Virus record (IMG/VR): IMGVR_UViG_3300021319_000137
Location: 21,677 to 85,676 of that record
Direction: 5' to 3' (one strand)
From: a virus
Lineage: Duplodnaviria > Caudoviricetes
Length of the DNA stretch: 64,000 nucleotides
Within the stretch, counting starts at the first letter, position 1. Each line of letters begins with the position of its first letter. Both the position numbers and the translations under genes were made by a program. This document shows, piece by piece, positions 18,411 to 28,005 of this stretch. The notes beneath the pieces were generated by a model. The model was not told the DNA's origin. It did no database searches and saw nothing but the letters and a program-made list of their open reading frames with translations.

Positions 18411-20986
18411 TGGCAAGCGGTTACATAACAGGACACCAGCATCGCTCGAAAGCGACCATTGACATCAAGCGAAAGGTGAGCGGAGGCACAGAGACGATAG
18501 CCACTGTGCTGATCACCCCTCGCTCGCTGCGCCGCTTCAAGCTGATGCAGGAGGACTTCATTCTGCTGGAGTTCTCGCTTGTTGATGCGGTAAACTTCGC
18601 TATCGGCGACTATATCAATGACCCTATCTTCGGCTACTTCTACATCACACAGGAGCAGATGCCGCGATACAACAAGGCGACGGGCGGCTATGACTACTCA
18701 TTGCGTTTTGACTCGCACATCTTCATCTTCGCCAACTATATCAACACGCTGGTTGTCGTGAAGGACACCAGCGTTGAGGCCATTGTGGAGACGGCCCAAA
18801 GCGAAAGTTACTACTCGTCGCCTGTGCAGAACGGTCAGGTGGTGATAGCCACGGCTGCGAGCGTTGACCACATGTTTGAACGCATGGAGGCCTCGTGGTC
18901 GCTTACCGACCGTCTGCTGGTGCATGCCGAGCAGGTGCTGTTCAACATCAAGGCCATCTACTACGACCTGGACTATATCGTGGCCATTCACCCGTCGGCG
19001 ACCAAGGCTGCGGAGGTCAAGTTCCTCTCCTATGAGGGCGTGACCATCATCGAGGCACTGAACATGATGGCCACAGAGTGGCAGTGCGAATGGTGGGTGA
19101 CGAATGAGACGGTCACCGATGGCAGCTCGTCGCATATCCGCTACACCATCCACTTCGGCAAATGCGAGATCAGCAACTCGGCGTTTGTGTTCACACTTGG
19201 CGACAATGTGGAGAGTATGGACATCGCCCGTGATCAGCAAACCTATGCCAACCGCATCTATGCCTTCGGCGGGACGCAGAACGTGCCAGAGGGTTACGAC
19301 CGCAAGCTGGAGTTCACGGTCACGGAGGAGAGCGACACCACGAGTAACGCGGGCTGGTGGGTGATCGACTCGGAAAAGCCGCTCACGCTTGACATGATTC
19401 CCGACAGCGTTAACGGCGAGAGTACCATCATTGAAAATGAGATTGCAACATGGTCGAAGCAGATGGTTTTAGGCGGCGAAAACGTCAACCTTAATTCGGC
19501 GACAGCCAACCCTGACCAATACCGTATCACGGGCTCGGTAAGCCCATCTTTCACTATCGCAAGCAGCGAGCGCAACAAGATCACATCGGTGGTGTTCACC
19601 GTCTATATGGACGGCCAGCAGGTTGTTTATCCAGCCACGACGGTCACTGTCCCCGAAGAAGGCATTGACCTGGGCTCGCAGAATGTAGTCTATCGTGCCA
19701 CCATCAACATCAATACGCTCAAGACGCTTGCCGAGCGCGGTGCTATGACTGTGACGGTCAAGGCGACAATCAATGCTTCGCAGGTTTACAGTGGCGGCAC
19801 GTTTGATGTTGAGAGCTGGTCGCTGGTCGCCACAGGAACGAGCGACACTATTGCTAAGAAATTCAGACTCGTGTATGACGGGCATGAATACTATGCCACA
19901 CTTAACCGCTCACACCACAACAAATACTCGCTTGAGGCCAAGCGCATCAGCGAGATTTACAGGTTCATCAGCGGCTCAACAAAGATGTATGCACGGCAAG
20001 AAGGGTTCGGCGAAGGGGAGAAGTTCTCGCTTGTGGAGAGCACCATCAACGTCAATGACCTGCCGTCATCCTACTATACACCCGTGTATGATACGGGAGT
20101 GCTGAGCAAGGTGGGCGAGCGCAGGATCCACCTGCCCGAAACCGGAGGCAGCAATAACGGCAAGCGGTATGTTGAGGCGGCAGGCATCAATCACTTCACC
20201 AAGGCGGTGGAGGTTGCTGTAGTGTTTGACGACATATTCCCTCGCATGGCCCTCATGGTTGCCTCGGTGACCACTGAGCAGAAGGTGCAGGACATCGTCC
20301 ATGAAGATGACAGTGTCGAGCGTCAGAACTGGACGCAGTATAAGATCACGGCCACCAAGGCCGACGGCTCTGCGTTCCATTTCGACACCCGGTACATTAT
20401 GGACGGGAACAGGCTGCAGGCGGTGTTCACCGCTCCGGGAAGTGTACAAAGTGACGGCTTCAAGCTGGCGGGTATGACCTTTGAGGTGGGTTTCAACAAC
20501 TACACGCAGGTGTACACCATTGTCCGCAACGAGGACTATGGTGTGTCAATACCGAATGAATACCTGTACCCATCTGTGGGTGACACATTCTTCCTAACGG
20601 GCTGGAACCCGAAGGCGATTACGGAACTTACCATCGTGGCCGATGCCGAGACCGAACTGCTGAATACTGCCAAGGCATACCGTGACGCCATCCAGCAGGG
20701 CCAGTTCACGTTCACCTGCCACATGATGAGCGACATTTTCTGGAAGTATGCCTACGGAGGCCGCAATGCAGAGGGTAACACTCCCAAGACCTATGGTCTG
20801 CTTGACCTGGGGGCAAAGGTGACCATCAGCAATGCCGCCTTGCCCAATGGCAGCAAGACGAGCCGCATCATCGGCTATGAGTATAAACTTGACATCCCGT
20901 ACGACACGCCGACGTATGTCATCGGCGAGACGGATGCTTATTCCAGGTTGAAACTGATAGAGAAAAAACTGACGAAACTAACATAA
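18410..20986 (+). CDS. Baseplate hub / tail spike-like structural protein
   Basis: 858 aa; YANRIYAFGGTQN, VVFDDIFPR, IIGYEYKLD; position after Dit. Confidence 0.65.
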   Translation: MASGYITGHQHRSKATIDIKRKVSGGTETIATVLITPRSLRRFKLMQEDFILLEFSLVDAVNFAIGDYINDPIFGYFYITQEQMPRYNKATGGYDYSLRFDSHIFIFANYINTLVVVKDTSVEAIVETAQSESYYSSPVQNGQVVIATAASVDHMFERMEASWSLTDRLLVHAEQVLFNIKAIYYDLDYIVAIHPSATKAAEVKFLSYEGVTIIEALNMMATEWQCEWWVTNETVTDGSSSHIRYTIHFGKCEISNSAFVFTLGDNVESMDIARDQQTYANRIYAFGGTQNVPEGYDRKLEFTVTEESDTTSNAGWWVIDSEKPLTLDMIPDSVNGESTIIENEIATWSKQMVLGGENVNLNSATANPDQYRITGSVSPSFTIASSERNKITSVVFTVYMDGQQVVYPATTVTVPEEGIDLGSQNVVYRATININTLKTLAERGAMTVTVKATINASQVYSGGTFDVESWSLVATGTSDTIAKKFRLVYDGHEYYATLNRSHHNKYSLEAKRISEIYRFISGSTKMYARQEGFGEGEKFSLVESTINVNDLPSSYYTPVYDTGVLSKVGERRIHLPETGGSNNGKRYVEAAGINHFTKAVEVAVVFDDIFPRMALMVASVTTEQKVQDIVHEDDSVERQNWTQYKITATKADGSAFHFDTRYIMDGNRLQAVFTAPGSVQSDGFKLAGMTFEVGFNNYTQVYTIVRNEDYGVSIPNEYLYPSVGDTFFLTGWNPKAITELTIVADAETELLNTAKAYRDAIQQGQFTFTCHMMSDIFWKYAYGGRNAEGNTPKTYGLLDLGAKVTISNAALPNGSKTSRIIGYEYKLDIPYDTPTYVIGETDAYSRLKLIEKKLTKLT

Positions 20987-20994
20987 CTACCGAA

Positions 20995-21528
20995 ATGGAA
21001 GAAATCAGAATCAGGCCAGTGCAAGGCAACTGGATGCAGCTCGGGATCCCGCTGACGCTGCAAACGGTAACGATGGTTAATGGTGAGCCGAAGGTAACGG
21101 TGTCAGAATTTATTCCGAATCCTTCTTATCCCGTTGAAATCGTGTTGAAACGCGGTTCGAAGGAGCGTCGATATGAGGCTCGGATGGACGGGAACATTGC
21201 CGTGTTTGAGGATGACGGGACATTGGAATCCGGCATCTATAGCATGACGATACTGTGCCGCGACGGTGCCGGAAAGAAGAAGCGTTTCAAGCAGCGTGAT
21301 GCCGTGAAGATTGTTGACCTGACGGCTGAAGCCGGCATTGAGCCAAGCATTGAGTATAACACGGAGGTTCATATACTTGACGCTGCGGTGTTCATTGCAG
21401 TTAACGGAGGCGGGAATGGAGGTTCCGGTGACGGCAAGTACCATGTTCTTTTGACGCAGGCGCAGTATGACGCACTGGACACCTATGACGATAACGCCAT
21501 CTACATGATATACGAGCCAGAGTCATGA
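20995..21528 (+). CDS. Phage tail-region protein (BppU-like/Ig-like N-terminus possible)
   Basis: 177 aa; C-terminal LTQAQYDALDTYDDNAIYMI motif typical of tail fibre genes. Confidence 0.6.
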   Translation: MEEIRIRPVQGNWMQLGIPLTLQTVTMVNGEPKVTVSEFIPNPSYPVEIVLKRGSKERRYEARMDGNIAVFEDDGTLESGIYSMTILCRDGAGKKKRFKQRDAVKIVDLTAEAGIEPSIEYNTEVHILDAAVFIAVNGGGNGGSGDGKYHVLLTQAQYDALDTYDDNAIYMIYEPES

Positions 21529-21698
21529 TTACCTTTAGAGGATACGTGATCATCGCCATCAATGTGGGTCGCATGGCCCTGGTGAGGATGTACAATGGGG
21601 CACATCTGGTGTGGCAACGCCTACGCTCGTGCTTCGGCACAGGCGTGTGGCGGAATGACCTTCCGTGGCTCAACGACGACAAGTGGAAAAACAATTAA
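21525..21698 (+). CDS. Small tail-region protein (57 aa, not in the ORF track)
   Basis: ATGA coupling to the upstream stop; MITFRGYVIIAINVG...LVWQRLRSCFGTGVWRNDLPWLNDDKWKNN. Confidence 0.65.
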   Translation: MITFRGYVIIAINVGRMALVRMYNGAHLVWQRLRSCFGTGVWRNDLPWLNDDKWKNN

Positions 21699-21710
21699 AA
21701 ATATAAAGAT

Positions 21711-24700
21711 ATGTCAGAGATTATCAATATCAACGAGGACTGGCAACTTCACAGTGGCGCTGAAGTACAGGTCTATATCAAGAAACTGTTGGGCGATCTG
21801 GACCGAGGCCTTGCCGGCAAGATCGGATGCCTTCGCACCTATGAGGACGAAGACGAGGAACTTCACCTGGTGGGCTTCGCTACCCTCGAAGACTACGATA
21901 CATGGTTTAACGACCACGAGGCGATTACTCCCATCACGGACATCATCATCCCCAAGGGCAGCGGTGCCGAGACGGCCTACACGCTGGTCCTCGAGGGCAA
22001 CACCCCTGTTGCCGTGCAGATGACCAACGACTTCACCGTGCGTCTCAAGGCGGTATATCTTTACAACAGCGGCGGTGTGGCACAGGAAGTCCCCGACTGG
22101 GTGACGCTCACCGTCCAGCGAATGGACAACAATCAGCGCTGGGTGACCTGCGGACGCTTCACTGTGGAGTCCAACCGCTACAACTACATCTCGATGAAAG
22201 GCATCCTGCCTTCCGGCAATGTCCATGTCCGCATCACGGCCGCCGCTGAGAAGGCTTCAACGGCCATCCCGTTCACCTTCCAGGTCAACATCGTGAACAT
22301 GACCTTGACGCCCGCAACGGCATTCCAGGTCCCCTTCGATCAGGACGCGCTGCTTACCCTGCAGTATTATATCACCGGCAACATCTCGAAGACGCTGTTG
22401 CTGAAGTTCGACGGCGGCGGTACAGGCAAAGAGCTGGTCATCGACGGCATCACGCACAGCGATGCCGACACGCCCTACTCCTGCGAGGTGCAGGGCTTGA
22501 CGGATGTCCTTACACCTGGTCTCCACACTGTGGAGGCCCAGCTGAAGTACAATGATGACCTGGCCACGGATTGGGTCATGAGCGAGTACCTGGTACTCGG
22601 TGTCGATGCCCCTGTGGTGTCCGTCAACAATATCTCAGACGGACTATCGAACTGGACCGACGTCCACTTCTTCGACTGGTCCGTCCTTACGCCTGACGGA
22701 AATCCCATGAACGTCATTATGCGGCTGGTGGATGCCAACGACAACACCACCGAATATGCGCGCTGGTCGTTCAACGGCGCCCCCAGGAACAAATATCCCT
22801 TCACGACGCAGCTGGCCATCGACGGGGTGAGTGACACCTGGATCGATGCAGTCATGCTGATCGAGGACAGCGAGGGCAACGAGCTCCACGATCCCGTGGC
22901 CTTCGGCCTGGAGAATGAGGCCAGCTTCGCGCCCAACGCGGGAGCGTCCTTCGTCCTCTCGCCCGCTGTGCGCTCCAACGCTGAGGAGAATCCCGCCACC
23001 ATCATCAACACGGTGAACGGTGATATCCTGGCACAGGCTGAGGACTTCGTGAACTTCGACTTTTCCACCGACGGCTGGAAGGAAACGAGCTATGAAGGCT
23101 CGACGGTGAGGGTGCTGCGCATCCCTGCAGGGCGCCAGCTGACCATCCACCACAATCCCATGGCAGACTTCACCGGCGCCGACAATACGGGCCGCAGTTT
23201 CGTCTGGGAGATGGACTTCGTGGTAGATAACATCGTGGACGATGAGGAACCGCTGATCGAGCTGGGCAGTCTCCGCAACTCCGGCGTATGGTGGGGCTTC
23301 CGTCTGATGCCCTCTCGCGCCATGCTGCTGACCTCGAACAAATACACCGAGCCCGACCAGGATCTGGCCTGGGCGGAGGGCAAGCGTTTCCACCTGGCCA
23401 TCACCGCCCAGTACGGAGGTGAGGCGTCACCGAACATCCTGCGCATGTACCTCAACGGGCGTCTCGAGAGGGAGTTTGCCTATGACACGGATGACCGCTT
23501 CACTCCCGAGAATGCGGTAATGGTCATCGGCAACACCTCCAGCGATATCGATATCTACGGTATGCGCTGCTACCGCTCAGCACTCAGCTCGTCGGCCGTC
23601 ATGCAGGACTACAAGGCATCGATGTCCACCACGGCCGAGAAGATCGCCTTTGAGGCAGCCAACGATATCCTGGATGACCGTGGCCGCATCGACTGGGACA
23701 AGTGCCTGGGTAAGTACAACATCATCGGCCACAGGGGACCGCTGCTGCACAAGGGCATGGAAAACAACACCCAGCACGGCATCAGCATCGAGATCCACAT
23801 GCCGGACGATGAGGAACACAGCGGCACCCTGACTGAGCTCGACAACAAGGGGCAGGGTACCACGGCCATGACGTATTACTGGTGGAACCAGCAATACAAG
23901 ACCACCGACAACACCCAGCTGCTCGATGATGAGGGCAATCCCAAGGGCGAGACGGGTGACGGTTACGCCATCCAAGCCAACGAATATCTTGCTACGAAAC
24001 TGGTGGGCAAGGTCAACTTCGCCTCCTCGATGCAGTCCCATAAGCTGGGACTCACCAAGGCCTTCACCGAAGTCTTCAAGCAGATGATGCGTGACGGCAA
24101 CATGAGCTCTCCTGGACAGTTCGCCACGTTCCCCAATGCACGCCTGGCCGTGCTCGAGAAACCCTTCCTGTTCTTCGTGTGGGATGAGGCCAACAGCCGC
24201 TATGAGTTCCGCAACCTGATGACCTTCGGCGCCGGCAAGGGCGACAAACCCACCTTCGGCTTCAACAAAAACTCCACCGGCCACATGCTGATGGTGGAGG
24301 GTGCCGACAACGACGTACCCCTGGCACGCTTCAATATGCCGTGGGATGACACGAACATCACCTATGACATTGACAAGGAGGCATGGATGTACAACGGGGC
24401 AAAGAACATCAACTTCGGCTTCGGAAAGACTTCCAGCGACGTTCCCAGCGACACGGATGCCCTGACTGCAGTAAAGAACTTCTTCAACTTCGTGTACCTG
24501 CACAGCACCAAGATCGAGTTCTTCAACGGCTCGCTTGACGCCCTGCAGCGCACGTCAGGCTCTCGCCTGTCTCCTCAGAGATGGCTCACAGGATCCTATG
24601 ACCTGTATCGCTATGACGAGAAGACCAGCCGATGGGTGCCCGCCGGTATCGACAATGCCCAGCTCAACCTGCTGGACCAGTACGAGGACTTCACGGGCGA

Positions 24701-27449
24701 CGCCTTCAACACGTCACAATCCAACCAGGCTAAGAACGAGGCCTTCAAGGCTGCACGCCTGGCACACTTCAAGGCTCATGCTGCAGAGTACTTCCATGTG
24801 GATGACGCGCTGTACCACTACTGCTTCATCAAGCTGATTGCCGGTACCGACAACCGCTGTAAGAACACCTACTACTACACCGACCCTGTGACACTGAAGA
24901 TCCGTTGGATGCAGGACGATGTGGACACGGTGCTGAAGACCAACAACGTCGGCCAGAACCGCAAGCCGTACTGGGTGGAGGAACACACCAAGGACGGAAG
25001 CGGCGAGAACTACTGGCAGGCTGAGGAAAGCACGTTCTACTGCCTGCTCGAGGAGGCATGGGACCGTGACACGCCCGAAACGGGACAGCCCAACATCCAG
25101 CAGACCATGCGCAATATGCTGGCCGCCATGTCCACCCTGGGAGGCGGCAGCGTGATGGGCTTCTTCGAGACCTACCTGCTGTCCGTTCCTGACTACTTCC
25201 CGGCTGTCGCCTACAACGAGCAGGCACGCGCCGTCTATGAGTACAGCTACCGCCTGCAGCTGACGGGTGAGTACAGCAACGACACCAACGCGCTGTCGCA
25301 GTCCTGCGGCTCCCAGCGCTGGTCGGAATACCAGTGGCTCGTTGACCGCATCATGTTCATCAGCTCGTGGTGCCAGTACGGCGAGTTCGCCAGCGCGACC
25401 TCTGCCGGCGGTCTGTCCTGGCGTGGCGCGACAGGTACGCACTACATCACCGTCAAGCCCGCCAAATGGATGTACCCGCGTATCGCCGTCGGCTCGTCGA
25501 ACGTGGGCGGCACGGCGCTTCGTGCGCCTGGTGAGGCCCACGCGTTCAACGCTGTGTCCTCTCAGGGCGATACCGCACTGGCGATCCGTGGCAACGACTA
25601 CCTGTTTGACCTGGGAGATATGGACCAGTACCAAACGGTGACTGAGTTCGGCTTCACGGGTAAACGCCTCCAGCAGATTACCGTGAACCCGCTGGGCACG
25701 AACAACCCTGTGCGCTGGAGCGCTCCGGCTGTCCGTGTGAACTCGACGAACATCAAACGCTACATCCACCGCAACACGCCGCTGGCCAGCGGAACGCTCG
25801 ACCTGTCGGCCTGCGTCCGCCTGGAGGAGATCAACGTGGAGGGCACGAGCTTCACGGCCGTCAAGCTGCCCTCGACGGGCTCGCTCACCGACTTGACGCT
25901 ACCGGCTACGCTGGAAGCGTTGACGCTGGTAGGATGCCGCAACCTCGAGACCCTGGCCATCGGAGGCTATGGCGCGATGACTGAGATCACCATCAAGGGC
26001 ACGCCACTGGCCGACTCCCTGTATATCGTCCAGCAGGCGATTGGCCACCTCAACAAAGTGGACATCGATAATATGGACTGGCGCATCTCCGGCGCCTCAG
26101 GACTGGCGCTGCTCAATGCGCTGGCCGCCCTCGGCTCCAACTGTAAGCTGTCAGGCACCATCACACTGACGGCCGTCACGCCCAGCTTCGAGGACAAGGC
26201 GGCATGGCTGCAGGCCTGGGGCGATGTTGACCATGGCACGAACGGGCTAACCATCGTCTATTCGCAGACCACGATCGAGAACGTGCGTATCATCACGGGC
26301 AAGTACCTCGAGTCTCTGGGTGACCACCAGATGCGCCTGAACTCAGCCGGCAACAACTTCACGGCCGTGCAGTGGTCAATAACCAGGAACAACTTCGCCA
26401 CCATCGATCCCAATACAGGCGTCGTCACGGTGACGGCCATGGACACTGAGGCTGCAGGGCCTTATGCCGACGTGACGGTGAGGGTGACGCGCCTGGACGG
26501 CGTTGTGCTGGAGGACACCAAGCGCTTCTACTTCTGCGAGCACGTCTGCCGCGAGGGCGATTACGTATATGCAGACGGCACCTTCAGCGATGAACTGCTG
26601 TCCTATAAGACGGTTATCGCCTTGTGCTTCTACATCAACCCGAACAATCCGGCTGACCGCCTGGCTGTCTCGCGCGGCAACGTCATCACCGACCAATGGG
26701 GATTGTACAACAATGCGTCTTATGGCGTTCCAAACGTCACGGTGGATGGATATTCGAGCATCTACGATACGCCGGTCATCAACATCCAGTCCAACGGTAA
26801 CGGCGATATCGATAACCTGGCATCCATGGCATCGTTCGCCACCTACCTAACCACGACGGCCGTCGGTGACGTGGGCCTGGTTGAACTGACCGAAGACATC
26901 GGCCCGTTCCGTGTAGGTGACTTTATTCACCGTGGCCAGTACAAGACGCTGCAGCTGATCCGTCACCGCAACCGCATCCTGAACGGCGTGACGAGCGACG
27001 TGGGCTCGCACGTGCCCACTGTGCCCGTGGCCAATGCGAACCAGACGGAGCGCGAGGTATTGACCAACCTCATTGCGGACATCGTGGCCAAAAAAGGCAA
27101 CAATTACCGACAGTTCTACTACCCAGCAGCCAGCTACTGCTACGCCTACCAGCCCACCTATGCGCTCCAGCCGGGTGAAGTGCTGGCCGACAAGTTCAAG
27201 GCGCACAACTGGTGGCTGCCGACGCTCGGCGAGCTGGGCATGGTCTATTGGCAACAGGTGAAAGGCGGCATCTTCGCGGCCGCGCAAGCCAACAGCCGTT
27301 ACTCCAATCTGACGAACGATTGGCACTGGACATCAACGGAATACGACGCTTCTGGCGCGTGGTATCTCCATGGCGGGAATGGCCAGGTCTACGGCAACTA
27401 CGGCAATAAGAACGGTTCCAGGGCCGTGAGGGCGGTGGTCGCGTTTTAA
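21711..27449 (+). CDS. Giant tail adhesin / receptor-binding protein, DGR target (LamG-like, CotH-kinase-like, LRR-like, Ig-like, C-terminal CLec-fold VR)
   Basis: 1912 aa; last phage gene; ends WWLPTLGEL...WHWTSTEY...AW...VRAVVAF. Confidence 0.85.
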   Translation: MSEIININEDWQLHSGAEVQVYIKKLLGDLDRGLAGKIGCLRTYEDEDEELHLVGFATLEDYDTWFNDHEAITPITDIIIPKGSGAETAYTLVLEGNTPVAVQMTNDFTVRLKAVYLYNSGGVAQEVPDWVTLTVQRMDNNQRWVTCGRFTVESNRYNYISMKGILPSGNVHVRITAAAEKASTAIPFTFQVNIVNMTLTPATAFQVPFDQDALLTLQYYITGNISKTLLLKFDGGGTGKELVIDGITHSDADTPYSCEVQGLTDVLTPGLHTVEAQLKYNDDLATDWVMSEYLVLGVDAPVVSVNNISDGLSNWTDVHFFDWSVLTPDGNPMNVIMRLVDANDNTTEYARWSFNGAPRNKYPFTTQLAIDGVSDTWIDAVMLIEDSEGNELHDPVAFGLENEASFAPNAGASFVLSPAVRSNAEENPATIINTVNGDILAQAEDFVNFDFSTDGWKETSYEGSTVRVLRIPAGRQLTIHHNPMADFTGADNTGRSFVWEMDFVVDNIVDDEEPLIELGSLRNSGVWWGFRLMPSRAMLLTSNKYTEPDQDLAWAEGKRFHLAITAQYGGEASPNILRMYLNGRLEREFAYDTDDRFTPENAVMVIGNTSSDIDIYGMRCYRSALSSSAVMQDYKASMSTTAEKIAFEAANDILDDRGRIDWDKCLGKYNIIGHRGPLLHKGMENNTQHGISIEIHMPDDEEHSGTLTELDNKGQGTTAMTYYWWNQQYKTTDNTQLLDDEGNPKGETGDGYAIQANEYLATKLVGKVNFASSMQSHKLGLTKAFTEVFKQMMRDGNMSSPGQFATFPNARLAVLEKPFLFFVWDEANSRYEFRNLMTFGAGKGDKPTFGFNKNSTGHMLMVEGADNDVPLARFNMPWDDTNITYDIDKEAWMYNGAKNINFGFGKTSSDVPSDTDALTAVKNFFNFVYLHSTKIEFFNGSLDALQRTSGSRLSPQRWLTGSYDLYRYDEKTSRWVPAGIDNAQLNLLDQYEDFTGDAFNTSQSNQAKNEAFKAARLAHFKAHAAEYFHVDDALYHYCFIKLIAGTDNRCKNTYYYTDPVTLKIRWMQDDVDTVLKTNNVGQNRKPYWVEEHTKDGSGENYWQAEESTFYCLLEEAWDRDTPETGQPNIQQTMRNMLAAMSTLGGGSVMGFFETYLLSVPDYFPAVAYNEQARAVYEYSYRLQLTGEYSNDTNALSQSCGSQRWSEYQWLVDRIMFISSWCQYGEFASATSAGGLSWRGATGTHYITVKPAKWMYPRIAVGSSNVGGTALRAPGEAHAFNAVSSQGDTALAIRGNDYLFDLGDMDQYQTVTEFGFTGKRLQQITVNPLGTNNPVRWSAPAVRVNSTNIKRYIHRNTPLASGTLDLSACVRLEEINVEGTSFTAVKLPSTGSLTDLTLPATLEALTLVGCRNLETLAIGGYGAMTEITIKGTPLADSLYIVQQAIGHLNKVDIDNMDWRISGASGLALLNALAALGSNCKLSGTITLTAVTPSFEDKAAWLQAWGDVDHGTNGLTIVYSQTTIENVRIITGKYLESLGDHQMRLNSAGNNFTAVQWSITRNNFATIDPNTGVVTVTAMDTEAAGPYADVTVRVTRLDGVVLEDTKRFYFCEHVCREGDYVYADGTFSDELLSYKTVIALCFYINPNNPADRLAVSRGNVITDQWGLYNNASYGVPNVTVDGYSSIYDTPVINIQSNGNGDIDNLASMASFATYLTTTAVGDVGLVELTEDIGPFRVGDFIHRGQYKTLQLIRHRNRILNGVTSDVGSHVPTVPVANANQTEREVLTNLIADIVAKKGNNYRQFYYPAASYCYAYQPTYALQPGEVLADKFKAHNWWLPTLGELGMVYWQQVKGGIFAAAQANSRYSNLTNDWHWTSTEYDASGAWYLHGGNGQVYGNYGNKNGSRAVRAVVAF
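27306..27449 (+). other. DGR variable region (VR)
   Basis: CLec WTSTE...AW...RAV scaffold with many NNC/NNT codons (gat, cac, tac, gac, tat, cat, aac, aat, ggc) at positions expected to derive from AAC/AAT in a TR. Confidence 0.8.
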
Positions 27450-27455
27450 GATTTT

Positions 27456-27481
27456 GGCTGGTGGCTTCGAGGCCACCAGCC
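27456..27481 (+). promoter_or_regulatory. GC-rich hairpin 6 bp after the VR stop (DGR target-recognition cruciform and/or terminator)
   Basis: Perfect 10-bp stem ggctggtggc/gccaccagcc with loop ttcgag. Confidence 0.7.
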
Positions 27482-27516
27482 TGTCGCGAATGTTGCGCGA
27501 GCGAAGCGAGCGCCGA

Positions 27517-27556
27517 AAAAATGCGAGTGTGATTTGATAGTCACACCCGCATTTTT
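27517..27556. terminator. Second inverted repeat, bidirectional terminator-like
   Basis: aaaaatgcgagtgtga / tcacacccgcattttt (16 bp, 1 mismatch). Confidence 0.6.
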
Positions 27557-27595
27557 AATGGCGTTATAATATCATTCAAATATTGTGATTGGAGA

Positions 27596-27680
27596 CCATT
27601 TCGTTTTTGGGATTATCCCCAACCGACGACCGTTTCGTTTTAGAGTTGGCGCACGATTCGTTTTGTGGATTATAGAATCA
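27596..27680. repeat. Three direct repeats (putative transposase-binding sites) and terminal CA of the prophage right end
   Basis: ccatttcgtttttgggattat (27596), ccgtttcgttttagagttggc (27630), cgattcgttttgtggattat (27654), then ...agaatCA. Confidence 0.7.
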
Positions 27681-27827
27681 CGCTTCCTTCCGACGGGTTA
27701 TGACAAGGAAAAACTGAGGTATGAAGTGAATCGATCTTATGGGAAAAACGCTGAAATGTTCGGGATGAAGAGAGGTGAATACAAACCTTACAGCGGATAT
27801 AAAAAGTCAAAATCAAAATCCAACTAA
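27681..27827 (+). pseudogene. 3' remnant of a gene probably interrupted by prophage insertion
   Basis: Open frame ...FLPTGYDKEKLRYEVNRSYGKNAEMFGMKRGEYKPYSGYKKSKSKSN* begins at the inferred phage end and is followed by a terminator-like hairpin (27835-27873). Confidence 0.45.
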
Positions 27828-28005
27828 ACGAAAAAGGCCAACTCTATCAAATTAATGATGGGGTTGGTCTGTTTTTCTTTTCGATTTGTTATTCTTTCTA
27901 GGCTATTTTAGCGCTTTTGCCTTGAGAAAACACTAAAGTAATTAATTCAGAATAGACTTATCAGGAATATTATCATAGTTAGAAATAATTTCACTAGTCT
28001 AGTAA

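Larger units (their letters stand above)
1..27680. mobile_element. Mu-like transposable prophage of Bacteroidales (siphovirus-type tail, DGR-bearing); left end and early genes lie outside the window
   Basis: Mu gp29/gpF/gp36-like head genes, terminase, protease, capsid, lysis genes, tape measure and tail genes. GC is visibly higher than the flank. Three end repeats and a terminal CA at 27679-27680. Confidence 0.9.

Noticed and set aside
4324-27409. Numerous long antisense or alternate-frame ORFs in the phage (e.g. 9641-10378, 22644-23393, 23577-24503, 24714-25769)
   Set aside because: They are shadow ORFs of GC-rich coding strands with no recognisable motifs
27585-27827. 80-aa ORF as a genuine gene
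   Set aside because: Its 5' third runs through the phage end repeats; it is more likely a chimera of phage end and an interrupted gene's 3' remnant
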